Source: the human T2T-CHM13v2.0 reference genome, Homo sapiens
Length of the DNA stretch: 64,000 bases
Reading direction: 5' to 3' (one strand)
Assembly (NCBI RefSeq): GCF_009914755.1
Contig: NC_060938.1
The notes below the pieces were generated by a model. That model was not told where the DNA came from and searched no databases. It saw only the letters and a list, made by a program, of their open reading frames with translations. Within the stretch, counting starts at the first letter, position 1. Each line of letters begins with the position of its first letter. Below, piece by piece: positions 1 to 46,942 of this stretch. The position numbers and the translations under genes were made by a program.

Positions 1-1498
<1,498 letters not shown>

Positions 1499-1861
1499 TC
1501 ATAAATTTCTCTAATTGGACAGCTGACATGAGACCTATCTCCATGCTTCCATTAACACATCTAACAGATAGAAAATTTCATTTCCCTTACCTCTCAGCAA
1601 TATTATAAAAGTACTTACAGTATAGCTGCCCAAGCTTTTCTGAGAAAGATGCCTTACAAATATATACAAGGAACATCTTTAGTTTTGTAATTCCTTTTCT
1701 CACATATCTCTAACATTTGTCTCAAGTCTTCTATGTTCTTTATAATGTCTTTCTAATGAATTCATGGCATTTTACCCATAAAAGATTTCTATATACAGTA
1801 CTGTTATTTAGAAGCAATGTGTTTTCCTTTATATCTGAAACCAGTGGCCTAGTGTTAGAAT

Positions 1862-2030
1862 AGTGGTTCTAGAACTTGGCTGCCCATTGGAAACACCTGA
1901 AGGGTTTTTGAAAAATACTGGTGCTTGGGCCATATCCAGGCCCCAGGTCGCTGGGAAAGAGACCCAGGCATTGGGAGTTTAAAAATCTACTCAGGTAATT
2001 TAATGGACTGCCAAGGCTGAGAATTACTGT
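1862..2030. mobile_element. MER5-like hAT-Charlie DNA transposon
   Basis: Imperfect TIRs TAGTGGTTCTAG ... CTGAGAATTACTG. Internal CCCAGGCATTGG...TTTAAAAATCTACTCAGGTAAT. Confidence 0.6.
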
Positions 2031-2169
2031 GCTCGGACTGTTGATGTTGAAGTGGTAATGTGGGCAAATTGGGAATACATCTTTTTATTCAACCCCTTCC
2101 GATTAGAGTCATGAATTATGGGATGTAGTTAAAGTTGAGAGAGTAGTCTATGGTCATCATCTTTATCAC

Positions 2170-2420
2170 AGTAATACTTTACATTTAATGACTGTTTCCA
2201 ACTTGTCAAGGATTGTGCTAAGGGCTTTAAGGGAATCATCTCATCTCATGCAATTTTCACCTCAAACTAAGAAGTACTTATCACCATTTTACAGATGAAG
2301 CCAGTGAGGCTCTGAGAGGTTAATTAAGTAGCATGCCCCAAACCATACAGTTCAGAAACAGGAAGGCCTAAATTCCAATCTTATCAACTCCAGAATCCAA
2401 GCTTCTTACTACTATTCTAT
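2170..2420 (-). mobile_element. MIR SINE
   Basis: MIR core CCATTTTACAGATGAAGCCAGTGAGGCTCTGAGAGGTTAA. Confidence 0.7.
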
Positions 2421-2581
2421 ATTTCCATAGGACTGACTTGCTAATCTAGCTCAGATATAAACTGAAACAGGGAACTCAGTACTATCCACTGAACAATTTA
2501 GAACTTGTAATGATTAAGAAGGTTTGTTAATCATAAAAGTACTAACGAAAACCATGTAAGATTTTTTTAAAAATTATCTCA

Positions 2582-4465
<1,884 letters not shown>

Positions 4466-5595
4466 GGGAAACCTTTCACTGTTGAAATAAAGATACAGAG
4501 GTTAGAAGGTAAAGAGGCAAGTCAGGAGAGATAGCTGATGTAATAAAATCTTTCACTTCACAATCAGAAATATAAAGTTTAGAACTGCAAATAGAAAGTA
4601 AAAAATGTCTGTGTTAAATATTTTACAGGGCCTACCATAGTGTCTTTCCCAAGATAGAAGTTCAATACATATCTGTTGGATGGATGAATGGTTACATGGA
4701 TATATAAAACACAAATTTAATTTGATTATAGTGAGAGAAATAGAGTCAGATAACTGCTTTCATCTTAACCTGGAAATAGAATTGAGATTACACATTTCTG
4801 AAAAATTCTATCTAGATTACCTACGTTTATAGTTATTTACCAACTTACAAAATAAATCATACTATGTTCAACCAGAGAGATTTATTGTTGTTTTTAAAAA
4901 TAAGACATATAAGGAATAATCAGACATAAAAACCGTTTTGACTCCAATAACTTACAATGTGCTTTAAAAGAAGAGTCCTCACATTGCACTGCCTGTATCC
5001 ACAGACTACCTGGCCATTATGGAAGGAGAGCTAGAACTAAGACAAAATTCAGAACCCAGGTCTGAAAGTATTTTTGCTAAATTCTAACCTAAGAGTTCCT
5101 GACAAAACGTGCTAATGCTATAGGTTCCTATAAAATAAAAACATTTAGGATTTTCTCCTTTTTATTTTTGTTGCCATCATCACATCTGGAAGCCAGGAAT
5201 CATAATAACCGCTCTATTTTCTCTAATTCAAATGTTTGGACTGGGTGTGGTGGTTCACGCCTATAATCCTAACATTTTGGGAGGCCAAGGTCAGAGGATT
5301 GCTTGAGGCCAGGAGTTCAAGGCCAGCTTGTGCAACAAAGCGAGACTCCATCACTAACTCAAAAAAAAGAAAAAAAAAAAGTTTGTGTTGAAACACCATC
5401 TCATTTCCTTACCACAACTGAAATTTCTTTTTTTTAGCTGAAAAAAGATCATTTCATTTCAAGCTACCAGTAAACTGTTTCTCAATCACTTCTCAGCATG
5501 TAGACGCCACATTCATGGCCCCTGGAAGCCAGTTTATCTACCAGAATAAGCATCTTGCCCGATTCAAGTACAAAAACCAAATTTCTCTATACTAA

Positions 5596-5760
<165 letters not shown>

Positions 5761-5992
5761 TGAGCAGCTGGGATTACAGCTGTGTGCCACCACGACTGAC
5801 TAATTTTTGTATTTTTAGTAGAGACGGGGTTTCACCTTGTTGGTCAGGCTGGTCTCCAACTCCTGACCTCGTGATCCGCCCTCCTTGGCCTCCCAAAGTG
5901 CTGGGATTACAGGCATGAGGCACCACGCCCGGCCCTTCTTTTTCCCATTTCAAACTCTCCTCTTAAAATAAGGACTTCACAGTCAGTTCCAG

Positions 5993-6960
<968 letters not shown>

Positions 6961-7079
6961 AAAATTCATCTAGTCATTTCATAATACACTATTACCTTAG
7001 CCATATACAACCATAACATATATACAAAATTTGCATGTATATAGTAAGGAGATGATTATAAATGGACAAAGACTTTTTT

Positions 7080-8180
7080 CCTGATTGGATTCCATCTCCT
7101 CAGACCTCTTTAGGGAACTTGCTCCATCAGTCAGTTTTCCTCTAATATCAACCTCTCCTTCACCCCTAAGATCTCTGCCCTTAGACTGTAAACTAGTGTA
7201 GGTCCATTTCATTGTGGGGGAAAAAATTAAGTACAATCCTCAGCACTGTTTCTGTTCTCAACCAACATTTTAAAAAGGAAATCTGTATTCTTTATTTCTC
7301 CTTATTTTCCAGCTCACTATAGCCTTTCTACTCCCTACACTCCCCTGAACCTGCTTTTGATTCTGACCCCCTAACTGACAAATCCAAAGAACTCTTCTCC
7401 AGGAAAGAGTCCACCTTACTCACTCAATCTGTTCCTTGGCATCCTCTCCTACCTTGGTCTCTGTGATACAAATTTTCCTGATTCTCCTCCTACCTCCCTG
7501 AGCTGTTCTGAGTCTCCTTGGCATCACCTCTTCTCCCTCAATCTATTCTCTAAAGCCTGGCATTTCCCAGCTTCCTCCCATCCATTCTCTTCTCTTGTCA
7601 TTCCTCAGGGAGGCCTTCCCTAAATCAACATCTCTTCCTCACAACATTAACTGCCTCCATTCTCATTGGAATATGAGCTCCTCTGGGGTCTTGTTCTTTC
7701 CTTGAGGACTCTGCCACAGTTCCTAGAAGATTTTTGAGATGATGAGTGACTCCCCAAACTGACATTTTATAAAGATTAATCTGGGAGGAAGTGGTGTGTA
7801 AGACTGACTGGACTGGGTAGTGCCTGGAGATAGGAAAACTTGTTGAGAAGGCATAGAAGTACCAGCACGAAATGAAATGAAGCCTGAATTATTGCCTTGG
7901 CAATGGAAGGGAGGAAAAGTCAGGAGAAATATTTCAGAGGAAATATTTGGTGACATAATTTGATGATACACTAAGGAAGAGAGAGGAAAAATCAGAGATG
8001 ATTCAAAGGTTTCAGGCTTGGGAGACCAGAAAGATAATAACATCATGAACAGAAATGGGGTAACAAGGTATTAAATTAGGTTTGGGAGGGAGATGAAGCA
8101 TTCAGTTTTAGATATGCAGCATCAAATCAGACCTGCCCTGCAGGCAGTTGGAAGACAAGGCTCTGAAATCAAAAGAGAAA
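7080..8180. mobile_element. L2 LINE fragments in opposite orientations
   Basis: Pyrimidine-rich L2-like segment followed by purine-rich L2-like AGAGATGATTCAAAGGTTTCAGGCTTGGG...TTCAGTTTTAGATATG. Confidence 0.55.
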
Positions 8181-8183
8181 TCA

Positions 8184-12006
<3,823 letters not shown>

Positions 12007-12289
12007 TAGAGTCCCTGGTAGGCCAGAACTTTATTGGACCCAACTAGGATGCTCTTTCCAAGGAACAATGGGACTTAAAAAAAAAAATGTAAAGGTATAT
12101 TAATTCATTGTCCTATCTAGAATGAAAGTTTTCCATTCTAAATTACCACAGCCATCACAAACTCCCTGCATTTCTATCACAGACAGACCACCCCCACGGT
12201 TTTGCCCTTTAGTGAATCAGTAAACTAATTTTTTTACTGGTTTGGTTCTCTTGTCTGGCAAGTAAACTCAGTTTGCCTTCAAAGGGGGA

Positions 12290-12960
12290 GGGGAAATAGA
12301 TAAATCAATGAAACAAAACAGGAAGTCCAGAAATAGCCCAGTATAGGTAAGAATTCAGGATACAAAAAGGTAGCATTTTGAAACAGGGAAAATGATTCAG
12401 TCAAAATGACATTGAATCAACTGGCCAACTGTTTGGGGGGAAAATCAATTATATCTCTACCTATGTCTTACTTCAAAATAAGTTTCACATGGAATAAATA
12501 TTACATGAAAAAGAAAACATAAGCATGTAAGGCAGAGTTTCATTCTGATGTAAAAGTCTGCTATTAAGAGAAAATGTGTGTAAGTATATAACCATGGTGT
12601 GGAGAATGATGCATAAGCGTGATACAATGGGTGGAAATAAAATTGAATAGACTAATAGATTTAACTGTATTAAAATTAAAACTTTTCTAACTTCAAAATA
12701 AAATTAAAGAGCAAATAGAAAACTTACCAAAATATTTGTAATAATTATGACAGGTAAAGGTTTAGGATCCTTAATATATAAAGAGCCCTTACAGGCAAAA
12801 AGAAATAACTTAATAGAAAAATGAACAAAGGGTATGAAACCCATTAGTAAAAAAAGAAACAATTCAAATATTTAGCAAAAAGATATAAAATAAATATCTA
12901 AACAATTGACTACTATGCTGCCATTAAAAATGATGTTGTACAAACATATTTTATTCCCAT
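12290..12960 (+). mobile_element. Ancient L1ME-like fragment
   Basis: Degenerate L1 ORF2-end motifs ATAGATAAATCAATGAAACAAAACAGGAAGTCCAGAAATAGCCC and CCTTAATATATAAAGAGC. Confidence 0.6.
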
Positions 12961-12967
12961 GGAAAGT

Positions 12968-16298
<3,331 letters not shown>

Positions 16299-17366
16299 TT
16301 AAAGTAAAATTCTCTGGGGCTTGCTATCTATGGAGTATTTATTCCCCGTCTTTCTTAGGATTTAGCTTCCCAACAAGAAGTGCATTCTCTTTGTTCTAAC
16401 AAAGTAGCAAGTTTTGTTTTAGCCTGAATATTTCTTCTCTGGCTTTTGAATGACTTCAGGCTCATAAATTATCTATTAGGTAACACATTGCTTTTTATGC
16501 ATATCCTCAAGGACAGTCTTCAAATTTTTATTTAGCTGTAATTTTGTTCTTCATAATAACGTGGTTACAGCTAGGTAGGGCCCCTGTATCTTCTGGAGTC
16601 CACTCCCTACTCCATGCTTCCACACTGGGAAGTATATTCAAATGTTAAAATTCCCAAGAGGCAATCAACAAAGAAGGTTCTCTGCAACTGGTACTTATCT
16701 ATTTCTTGTGTTATCTGGGTACAGTTTAAAGTTTGAAGCAAAGTAGCAGATCTAATAAAAAGCCAGTTTTGAACTGTAGCGTTTTGTGTTTTTGTTTGTC
16801 GCTTAATTTGACAAACACATTCCAAAGCTGTTGCAACGGTCTGTGCAGAACAGTGTGTTGTTCCTTAGTGTGTCTCAACATTCAGATAAAACATATATTG
16901 CATTATGCAGAGCTCAAATTTACAAAATAAGTAGGACCCAGAAAAACTTAAGGGGTTCCAAAGTTCTACATAATTTTAATTTGCCAGCATAAAAACTACT
17001 ACCGTCCCTAAATTATGTTTTGTACGAGTCAAATATCATTATGTGGACCATTGTTTTACAAATACAGATTAAGAATACATAGTAGACTAAACGCATATTT
17101 TATTCTACAGGAAACACTTCTTGCATCCCTAGTCCCACAAACAGCCATAAAACTCATGGCTTCTTTCTCGGTACTCTTATTCCCCTACGTATCTCCTATA
17201 ACACACTGTACCAATTTGTTTATGTGTCAATAATCCTGGGATGGGGATGGGCAAGGACAGTGTCTTCCTCCTCTAAAACAATACCTGACACATTGTAGTT
17301 TTTTATTTACATATTCTGAATAAATGAGTGAATGCTTTGAAGAATCTGGGTTCCGTTTTTTGCATC

Positions 17367-23563
<6,197 letters not shown>

Positions 23564-24319
23564 AGGTGTGGCATGCTTTTAATCCCTTTTATTAGAGAAG
23601 ATGAAATTACTGAATGTTTAAATAAATTATTAGAGAAAAACATATTCTCCTTTCTAAGAATTCATTATATGCAATTCTAATAAATGGGCTACAATCATGT
23701 ATTGAGTTCAAAATCTGAAAATGTAATATAAGATAGAGTACTTGGGGGAGGGTACATGTCCATACTTCTGTCTGTTTCAGATATATACAGGGATGCCAGG
23801 GACAGAAAAAAAAAAAGCATATATTCGAATAGGTCCTGGGGAGACAAATGAGTCCATAAACCTCTCCTCAAAGAGCAAAGGCCCCTCACTGTTTTTGGTT
23901 TTTATTTTCATATATCACTGACAGAAAAACATAGGGCTTTAGAAAACCACCACCACAGACACACGATAGGGATGAAATTGCTTAACTGAGGGCTTCCAAG
24001 CATCATTTCAAGTGTGAATCTGGAATATCCTGTTGGCAATTTGAAGAAAGGTAGAAAGGTGAGCTTTACCTAATAGTGTAGCAAAGAACGACAACAGATA
24101 TAAAGAGCAGTTTTTATGGTGGTCACTCATTTATCCCCTGAAGTCAGGTAGGCTTGGATTTAAATTCTATCTCTGGCACTTCATGGCTACAACTAAACGG
24201 TGTGTGTATATCATTTAACGTCTGTGCCTATTTCCTGATCTGTAAACGGAGTTAATAATAGTGCCTACCTCAGAGGGTTGTTTTGAGGATCAAATAAAAT
24301 AGGTGCCTGGCATGGGCAA

Positions 24320-27541
<3,222 letters not shown>

Positions 27542-27865
27542 TAGGAACACAGGCAGATACAAATCTGTTGTTCCTTATTAAAGTGAGTAGGCAAGCCAGA
27601 ACGTTTTATTGGATGTCAGAACGAAGATGAAGAAGAGGTGGTTATCAGGAAACAAGAGTTGTCCATCAAGGAAACCAAACAAATGGCAAGGCAAAAAGCC
27701 AAGCCAGGCAGGTACAATAGCTAAAAAGTTCTGGGGATGCAAGTTGCATGAATAATGCTTTCAGATCACCGTTGTTTTCTGATGATACCTCATCAGATGA
27801 TAAAGGTCCTCTTCCTGGTTTTAAAGTAACTAGGACCCTGACAATGGCAAGCTGTAATTCTAGAG

Positions 27866-28225
27866 CACTGTTTCTCAACCATGGCTGCTATTAGGGGTTT
27901 GTAAATATACCAATGCCAAGCGTTTCAACCCCAGGCCAATTAAATCAATCTCTGGGGTTGCAACTCAGTCCTCAGTATTTTTTAAAAACTCCCCCAGGTG
28001 AAGTTAATGTAAGCGAATGTTATGGATTATTATCCTAGAGATAAGTCTCTATAGTACACTGCTTTCAAACTTTGATGTGCGTACAAATTGCTTCGGGAGT
28101 CTTGTCAAAATGCAGGTTTTAAATTAGTAGGTTTGAGTTACTAATCTCAGGCCTGAGATTCAGGATTTATAATAACCAAGAAATATTGGGAGGCTGGACC
28201 ACAGACCACACTTACAGTAACAAGC
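27866..28225. mobile_element. Two adjacent MER5-like DNA transposon copies
   Basis: CACTGTTTCTCAACCATGGCTG...TTTTTAAAAACTCCCCAGGTGA, and CACTGCTTTCAAACTTT...CTTGTCAAAATGCAGGTT...GACCACAGACCACACTT. Confidence 0.6.
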
Positions 28226-28689
28226 GTCTAGGAGAATGCTGCAAGACCCTCTTTCTGGCCGTTTTTTGTTCAGAATCTTAGATTATATTAAGATCTACAG
28301 GTATGGTTATTAAATATGATTATGCAAAAAGAGAAATGGCAAAGTTTTATTTTAGAATTCAGATTCAAAAATATTTTCACAAGTTGAAATAAACGGGACA
28401 AAATATACTCCTTTTTTTTCCTTTTTAAAAATCAATGTGATTCCAATTGTATTCCTTTTTTAAAAAAAACAAAACTGAGTCAGGCTCTCACTGTCACCAA
28501 GGCTAGAGTGCAGTGGTACAGTCATAGCTCACTGTAACCTCAAACTCCTTGGCTCAAGCAATCTTCCTGTCTTGGCCTCCTTAGGTACTGATATTACAGG
28601 TGTGAACCACTATGCCTGGATTAAAATTTATTCCTTAATAGGGACAATTTAATATCTATCATATAAGCTAATTCTGAAAAAAAGAAGAT

Positions 28690-29620
28690 ACTAAGATATG
28701 TTATAAAGCAATAATAATTTCACAGTGTAGTAATCAGTTATAAGTAGATTAATTATATTGAATAGTTAGTAGAGAAATACATATTAAAACAAGAGAATTT
28801 GGAATATGATAAAAGTGTTTAAATGAGGGAGGATTATTCAATTAATTGAATTGAAGCCAAAGAAAAAATATTCATCTGGGGGGAAAAGTGAGATCCATAT
28901 TTCATACCTTACCCTAGGATAAATTCCACATGGATCAAGGATTTAAATGCAAAACGAAACCATGAAAGTGTTAGACAAAACCATGGAAGGGATTTTTTTT
29001 CTGTTATGTCTGAATGTGGAAACCGTTTCTAAACATGATACAAAGGCAAAGAGTCACAAAAGACTGAAAAATTAACCAGAAAAAAAAATTTGCATGGCAA
29101 AAACCTTTATGTGAGAAGTTTAAAGATAAAGAACAGGCCGGGCACGGTGGCTCACGCCTGTAATCCCAGCACTTTGGGAGGCCGAGACGGGAGGATCACG
29201 AGGTCAGGAGATCGAGACCATCCTGGATAACACAGTGAAACCCCGTCTCTACTAAAAATACAAAAAAATTAGCCGGGCACGGTGGCGGGCGCCTGTAGTC
29301 CCAGCTACTCGGGAGGCTGAGGCAGGACAATGGCGTGAACCTGGGCGGCAGAGCTTGCGGTAAGCCGAGATCACGCCACAGCACTCCAGCCTGGGCGACA
29401 GAGCGAGACTCAGTCTCAAAAAAAAAAAATAAAAATAAAGAACAAACTGGGGAGAAAACATGTCTTACTCATAGCCTAAGACAAAGAATTAATTTTTCTA
29501 ATATTAAAGAGTTCCTACAAAATAGTAATTTAAAAAATATCTACAAGCTCCTTCCCCACAAAAGATCAACAAAGTATATGACCAAACTGTTTACAGAAAA
29601 TGACATAAAACACCTCTCAT
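28690..29620 (+). mobile_element. Ancient L1ME-like fragment with an AluY insertion (29136-29440)
   Basis: AAATTCCACATGGATCAAGGATTTAAATG and similar L1 motifs. The Alu is bounded by TSD ATAAAGAACA. Confidence 0.6.
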
Positions 29621-30037
29621 AATAATTCCTATGGCAGTGTTTATTCTACTAAGGCATACTGATACCATGCACTTATTTATGGGTATGCTTTGTATAATCT
29701 CTAAAGCAGGCATAATTCTTATGATGCCAGGTAATTGAGCAGAGTCACAGAAAAAGAGTATTTTAAAAGGAGGGAGTCCCAGCCTGGCCAACATGGTGAA
29801 ACCCCGTCTCTATCAAAAATATAAAAATTAGCTGGGCATGGTGGTGCACACCTGTAATCCCACCTCCTCAGACGCAGAGGCAGGAGAATTGCTTGATGTC
29901 CACATGCAAAATAATAAAGTTGGACCCCTACCTCATACCATATGTAAAAATTTACTCAAAACAGATCAAAGACCTAAATGTAAGAGTTAAAATTGCAAGA
30001 GTATTAGAATAAAAAATAGGTATAAATCTTCATGCCT

Positions 30038-31540
<1,503 letters not shown>

Positions 31541-31822
31541 CCCAAGTGAAAAGTAGGCAAAGGACTTGAATAGACATTTCTCTTAAGATGATATAAAAAT
31601 GGCCAATAAGCACATAAAAAGATATTCAACATTATTAATCATTAGAAAAATCCAACTTCAAAACCACAATTGAATACTACTTCATACCTGCTAGATCAGC
31701 TGGGAAGAAAAACTCAGATAATAACAAGTGTTGGTAAAATTTGAGCTCTTGTATATTAACAGTGGAAGTGTAAAATGGTGCAGGTGCTTTGGAAAACAGT
31801 TTGGCACTTTCTCAAAATTTAA

Positions 31823-32341
<519 letters not shown>

Positions 32342-33800
32342 TTAAACAGAGTTATCATATGACTTAGTAATTCCACAATTCCACCTAAGAGTATTGAGAA
32401 CATATGTCCACACAAAAACTTGTACCTGAATGTTCATAGCAACTTTATTCGTTATAGTCAAAAAGTGGAAACAACCCAAATGTCCGTCAACTAATGAATG
32501 GATAAACAAAATAGCATAACCACTCTGAGGTATATCCGCACAACAGAATATTATTGCACAATAAAAAGGAATGAAGTGCTGATACGTACTACAACATGGA
32601 TGATCCCTGAAAACATTATACTAAAAAAGAAATCCCATTCCAGTAGGTATAGCTAAAAATAAATAAATACACAAAACATTATCTTTAATGAAAGAAGCCA
32701 GTCACAAAAGGTCACATGGTGTATGATTCAGTTTATATTAAATGTCCAGAATAGGAAACTCTGTAGAGGTGGAAAATAGATTAGCAGTTGTCAAGGGCTG
32801 TAGGGAGGGGGAATTGGTAGTGACTGCTAATGGATACAGGAGTGATGAGAATGTTCTGAAATTAAATGGTAATAGTTGAATGAATTTATGAATATACTAA
32901 AAAACACTGCATTGTACACTTTAAAAGATACATTATACACTTTAAAAGGTGAGTCTTATAGGATTTTATGAGATTTTATGAAATTTGAATCATATCTCAA
33001 TTTTTTTAAAAGTGTTTATTGGATTTCTGAGACTCGGGTGTTGTTAGTGGCCTTGTAGAGGAATGTTAGTGATCAAAGGCAGCTGGCAGTGGACCAAAGA
33101 ATGAGTGGGAAGTGAAGAATAGTGAGTGTATACAATTCTTTCAAGAAGGTTAGGTGAGAAGAACAGGGCAGTAGCTGAGAGAGATAAAAGGTCAAAGAAT
33201 ATTCTGGTTTTGTTTGTGGTGCTGATGGCAGAAACTTAAGTAGGTTAAAATGCTAATGGAGGCTGGGCGTGGTGGCTCACTCCTATAATCCTAGCACTTT
33301 GGGAGGCCAAGGTGGTCAGATTGCTTGAGCTCAGTAGTTCGAGATTAGCCTGGGCAACATGGTGAGACCCCTTCTCTACAAAATATACAAAAATTAGCTG
33401 GGCATGCTGGTGCCTGTTGTCCCAGCTACTTGAGGGGCTGAGGTGGGAGGATGGCTTGAGCTTGGGAGGTCGAGGATGCAGTGAGCTGTAATCACGCCAC
33501 TGCCCTCCAGTGGACCTGTCTCAAAAAAAAAAAAAAAAGATAGTAAGATCCAACTAAGAGGAAGTATACTGAGGAGGAGGATGATAAATAATAGAATAGA
33601 ATAATTAAGATAGCACAAGGTGGTTAAAATGGAATTAAGAACACAGGTAACTGTTAAATAGGAAGAAAGGTGCTGACTGGGGGAAGTGAAATTATATATA
33701 TTGAATTAGTTTAATTTGAGGAAGTTAAGACGCGTTTTATCTGAGGACATCTGTTTTCAGGTCAGTTGATGAAAAGTAAGGAAGTGTAGGCGAAGGGTCA

Positions 33801-33890
<90 letters not shown>

Positions 33891-33944
33891 TCACTTGAGC
33901 CCAGGAGTTTGAGATTTTATTAAAAAAAAAAATCTATCTATCTA

Positions 33945-34332
33945 TCTATAGAAATTGACACTTCTGGTCTTAAAGCTTGAAACTTACATTTATTTTATCT
34001 GAGTTACTTCCTCAGGAAAGGACCCCCAGACCTCTGGGAAAGTATCAAATAATTGAAACTCACTGGATCATCTCATCCAATGAGAGGCCAGGCCCCTCAT
34101 TCATCATGATTGCTTCCTTAACCTTCCCCGAGTTCTTGTTTTCCTACACATTGTTATATTTCTTACCTGCTATATAAACTCCTAATTTTAGTCGGCAGGG
34201 GAGATGGATTTGAGACTGAACTCCCATCTCCTCCACTGCAGCACCTGGTCAAAGCCTTTTGCCTTGGCAATACCCGTTGTCTCAGTCATTGGCTTTCTGT
34301 GTAGCGAGCAGCAGGACCTAGACTGAACCCAC
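33945..34332 (+). mobile_element. ERV1-class solo LTR fragment (MER39-like)
   Basis: TTAAAGCTTGAAACTTACATTT...TTCCTCAGGAAAGGACCCCCAG...CCCCTCATTCATCATGATTGCTTCCTT, TATA-like GCTATATAAA, and U5-like TTGTCTCAGTCATTGGCTTTCTGTG...GCAGCAGGACCTAGAC. Confidence 0.7.
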
Positions 34333-35182
34333 AAAACCACAAATTTATACTATTGGGACAATCGTAACTCAATCTCTAGTCCCTGATGATTTGGGACGTT
34401 TAGGGCATCTAATCTGATCAGTTGTTATCTAATGTATCATCGGGTCGTACTTAAATTCCAGAAAATGCCCAGGAAAGGATAATTCTAGTGAAACAAAAAA
34501 CCCAGTTTGGTCCTGTTACTTCTTATGCTTATGCTAATTGGAATCCCCTGGTAGCACATACTATCTGAAACGTAGCAGAACTCCCAGGAGAATCTATAAT
34601 ACATTTACGGTTTTGGTGATAAGGAACCCCCACTCGCTTGAGTCCCTTAGATCTGTGCTAATCCTACTCTACGCCTCTGGAACAACCCAGGATTCCAAGG
34701 ATAGACTGGTAGTTTCTCATTAGTTTAATGAAACTGTGGTTTGGACTACATGTGTCAGCTGCTTTCCACTAATATCTGAGTAGGGCTAAACCACAGGAAA
34801 ATATTGTTTCAAGTATGAAAATAATATTTAAATAGGACAATAATAATTATTCTAGCCGGGCATGGTGGTGCGCACCTATTAGTTCCAGCTACTCAGGAGA
34901 CTAAGGTGGGAGGATCACTCAGCTCAGGAGTTCAAGACTGCAGAGAGCTATGATCATTGTGTCACTGCCTTCCAGCCTGGGTGACACAGCAAAACCTGGT
35001 CTCTACTGTAAAAAAAAAAAAAAAAAAAAAAAAAGAATAATTAGTTTAATAGGATAGAATAAAAATAATTAAAATTTCTTGATTATTGTCCATCTTGTGT
35101 TAGGCTTACATTTATACATATCATATGTATATATATGTACATATGATATGTATAAATGTAAGATATGTATAAATGTAAGATA

Positions 35183-35287
35183 TGCAGCACACCAACATGG
35201 CACATGTATACATATGTAACAAACCTGCACGTTGTGCACATGTACCCTAAAACTTAAAGTATCATAATAATAATAAATAATAAAAAA
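35183..35287 (+). mobile_element. Extremely 5'-truncated primate L1PA (L1PA3/4-like) 3' end with A-rich tail
   Basis: TGCAGCACACCAACATGGCACATGTATACATATGTAACAAACCTGCACGTTGTGCACATGTACCCTAAAACTTAAAGTAT followed by a (TAA)n/A tail. Possible TSD AAGATAT at 35177-35183 and 35286-35292. Confidence 0.9.
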
Positions 35288-35739
35288 GATATATAGATAT
35301 ATATCTCTCAATTTGTCTTTCTCCCTCTCCTTACCATGGTTTTTGTTTAAAACTATCTTTATTAACAACAATAATTATAAGTGCAGCATGCAATGCTTTC
35401 CAAAGCACTTACTCATCCATTATTTTACTGTATGTAAACTTCCATCTCAGCTAGGTTGGAGATGCATTATTACCTCCAGGTTGCGGATGAAGAAACAATG
35501 ATTAAGCAGTGATTAGTGACTTGTCCAAGATCATATAATTTGTTGGCAGGTGAGTTGTTTTTAGACTTCAGATATCTTTTGTTACTTCTTAACGTATACT
35601 TTCTATTCACTATAAGGTTAGTGAGAATTTTGATAAAGGTTTCCTTTTTTTTATTAAAAAAATTTTTTTAGCCTGTATCCTGCTGAAGATAAAGGTTTCC
35701 TAGTAAAACTATTCTAAACTTGTTTTTTTTGTTTGCTAG

Positions 35740-41551
<5,812 letters not shown>

Positions 41552-41852
41552 TCAGTCACTGGGATGTCAGTAAGAACATTCACATCAAATCAGGGCCAAG
41601 TGAGCCAGAAATTAAGAGACCAAAAAAGATGCCTTACCAGGTCAAAAATTGGAGACTAAGATGAGTCACGCTGCCACGGAGAAAAGAGTGTATCCTTGGG
41701 TTAAATAGTGTATACAAACAAATGCTTCCTGGAAACTAGACTCTCCCTTCGGGTTAATGATCAAGAGTTTTCCATAGTCATTGTCTTTTTTAAAAATCAG
41801 GTATTTATTGAGCATATGTTGTATGCCCTCAACATTTTAAGAACTGTACTTG

Positions 41853-45286
<3,434 letters not shown>

Positions 45287-45541
45287 CTAATGGCTAGAAT
45301 GTACTTATATTCAGATAAACTTTGTCTACACGGGAGTTTCTGAACATTGATCCAGAGGCTTTGTCCTCTGAAGTCACAAATAGTAAATTTGGTATTTGCC
45401 ACATAACTCTCCTTCAGACTTTGGAAGACATATTGACCCCATCTCCCCTGGCTTTTCTTCTGTGGAGAAAACTATTTCTTTAGCAATTTCATAGGACATA
45501 GTTCCAAAGTCCTATTATCCTGGTTAGCCTTCTATGGATAT

Positions 45542-46942
<1,401 letters not shown>

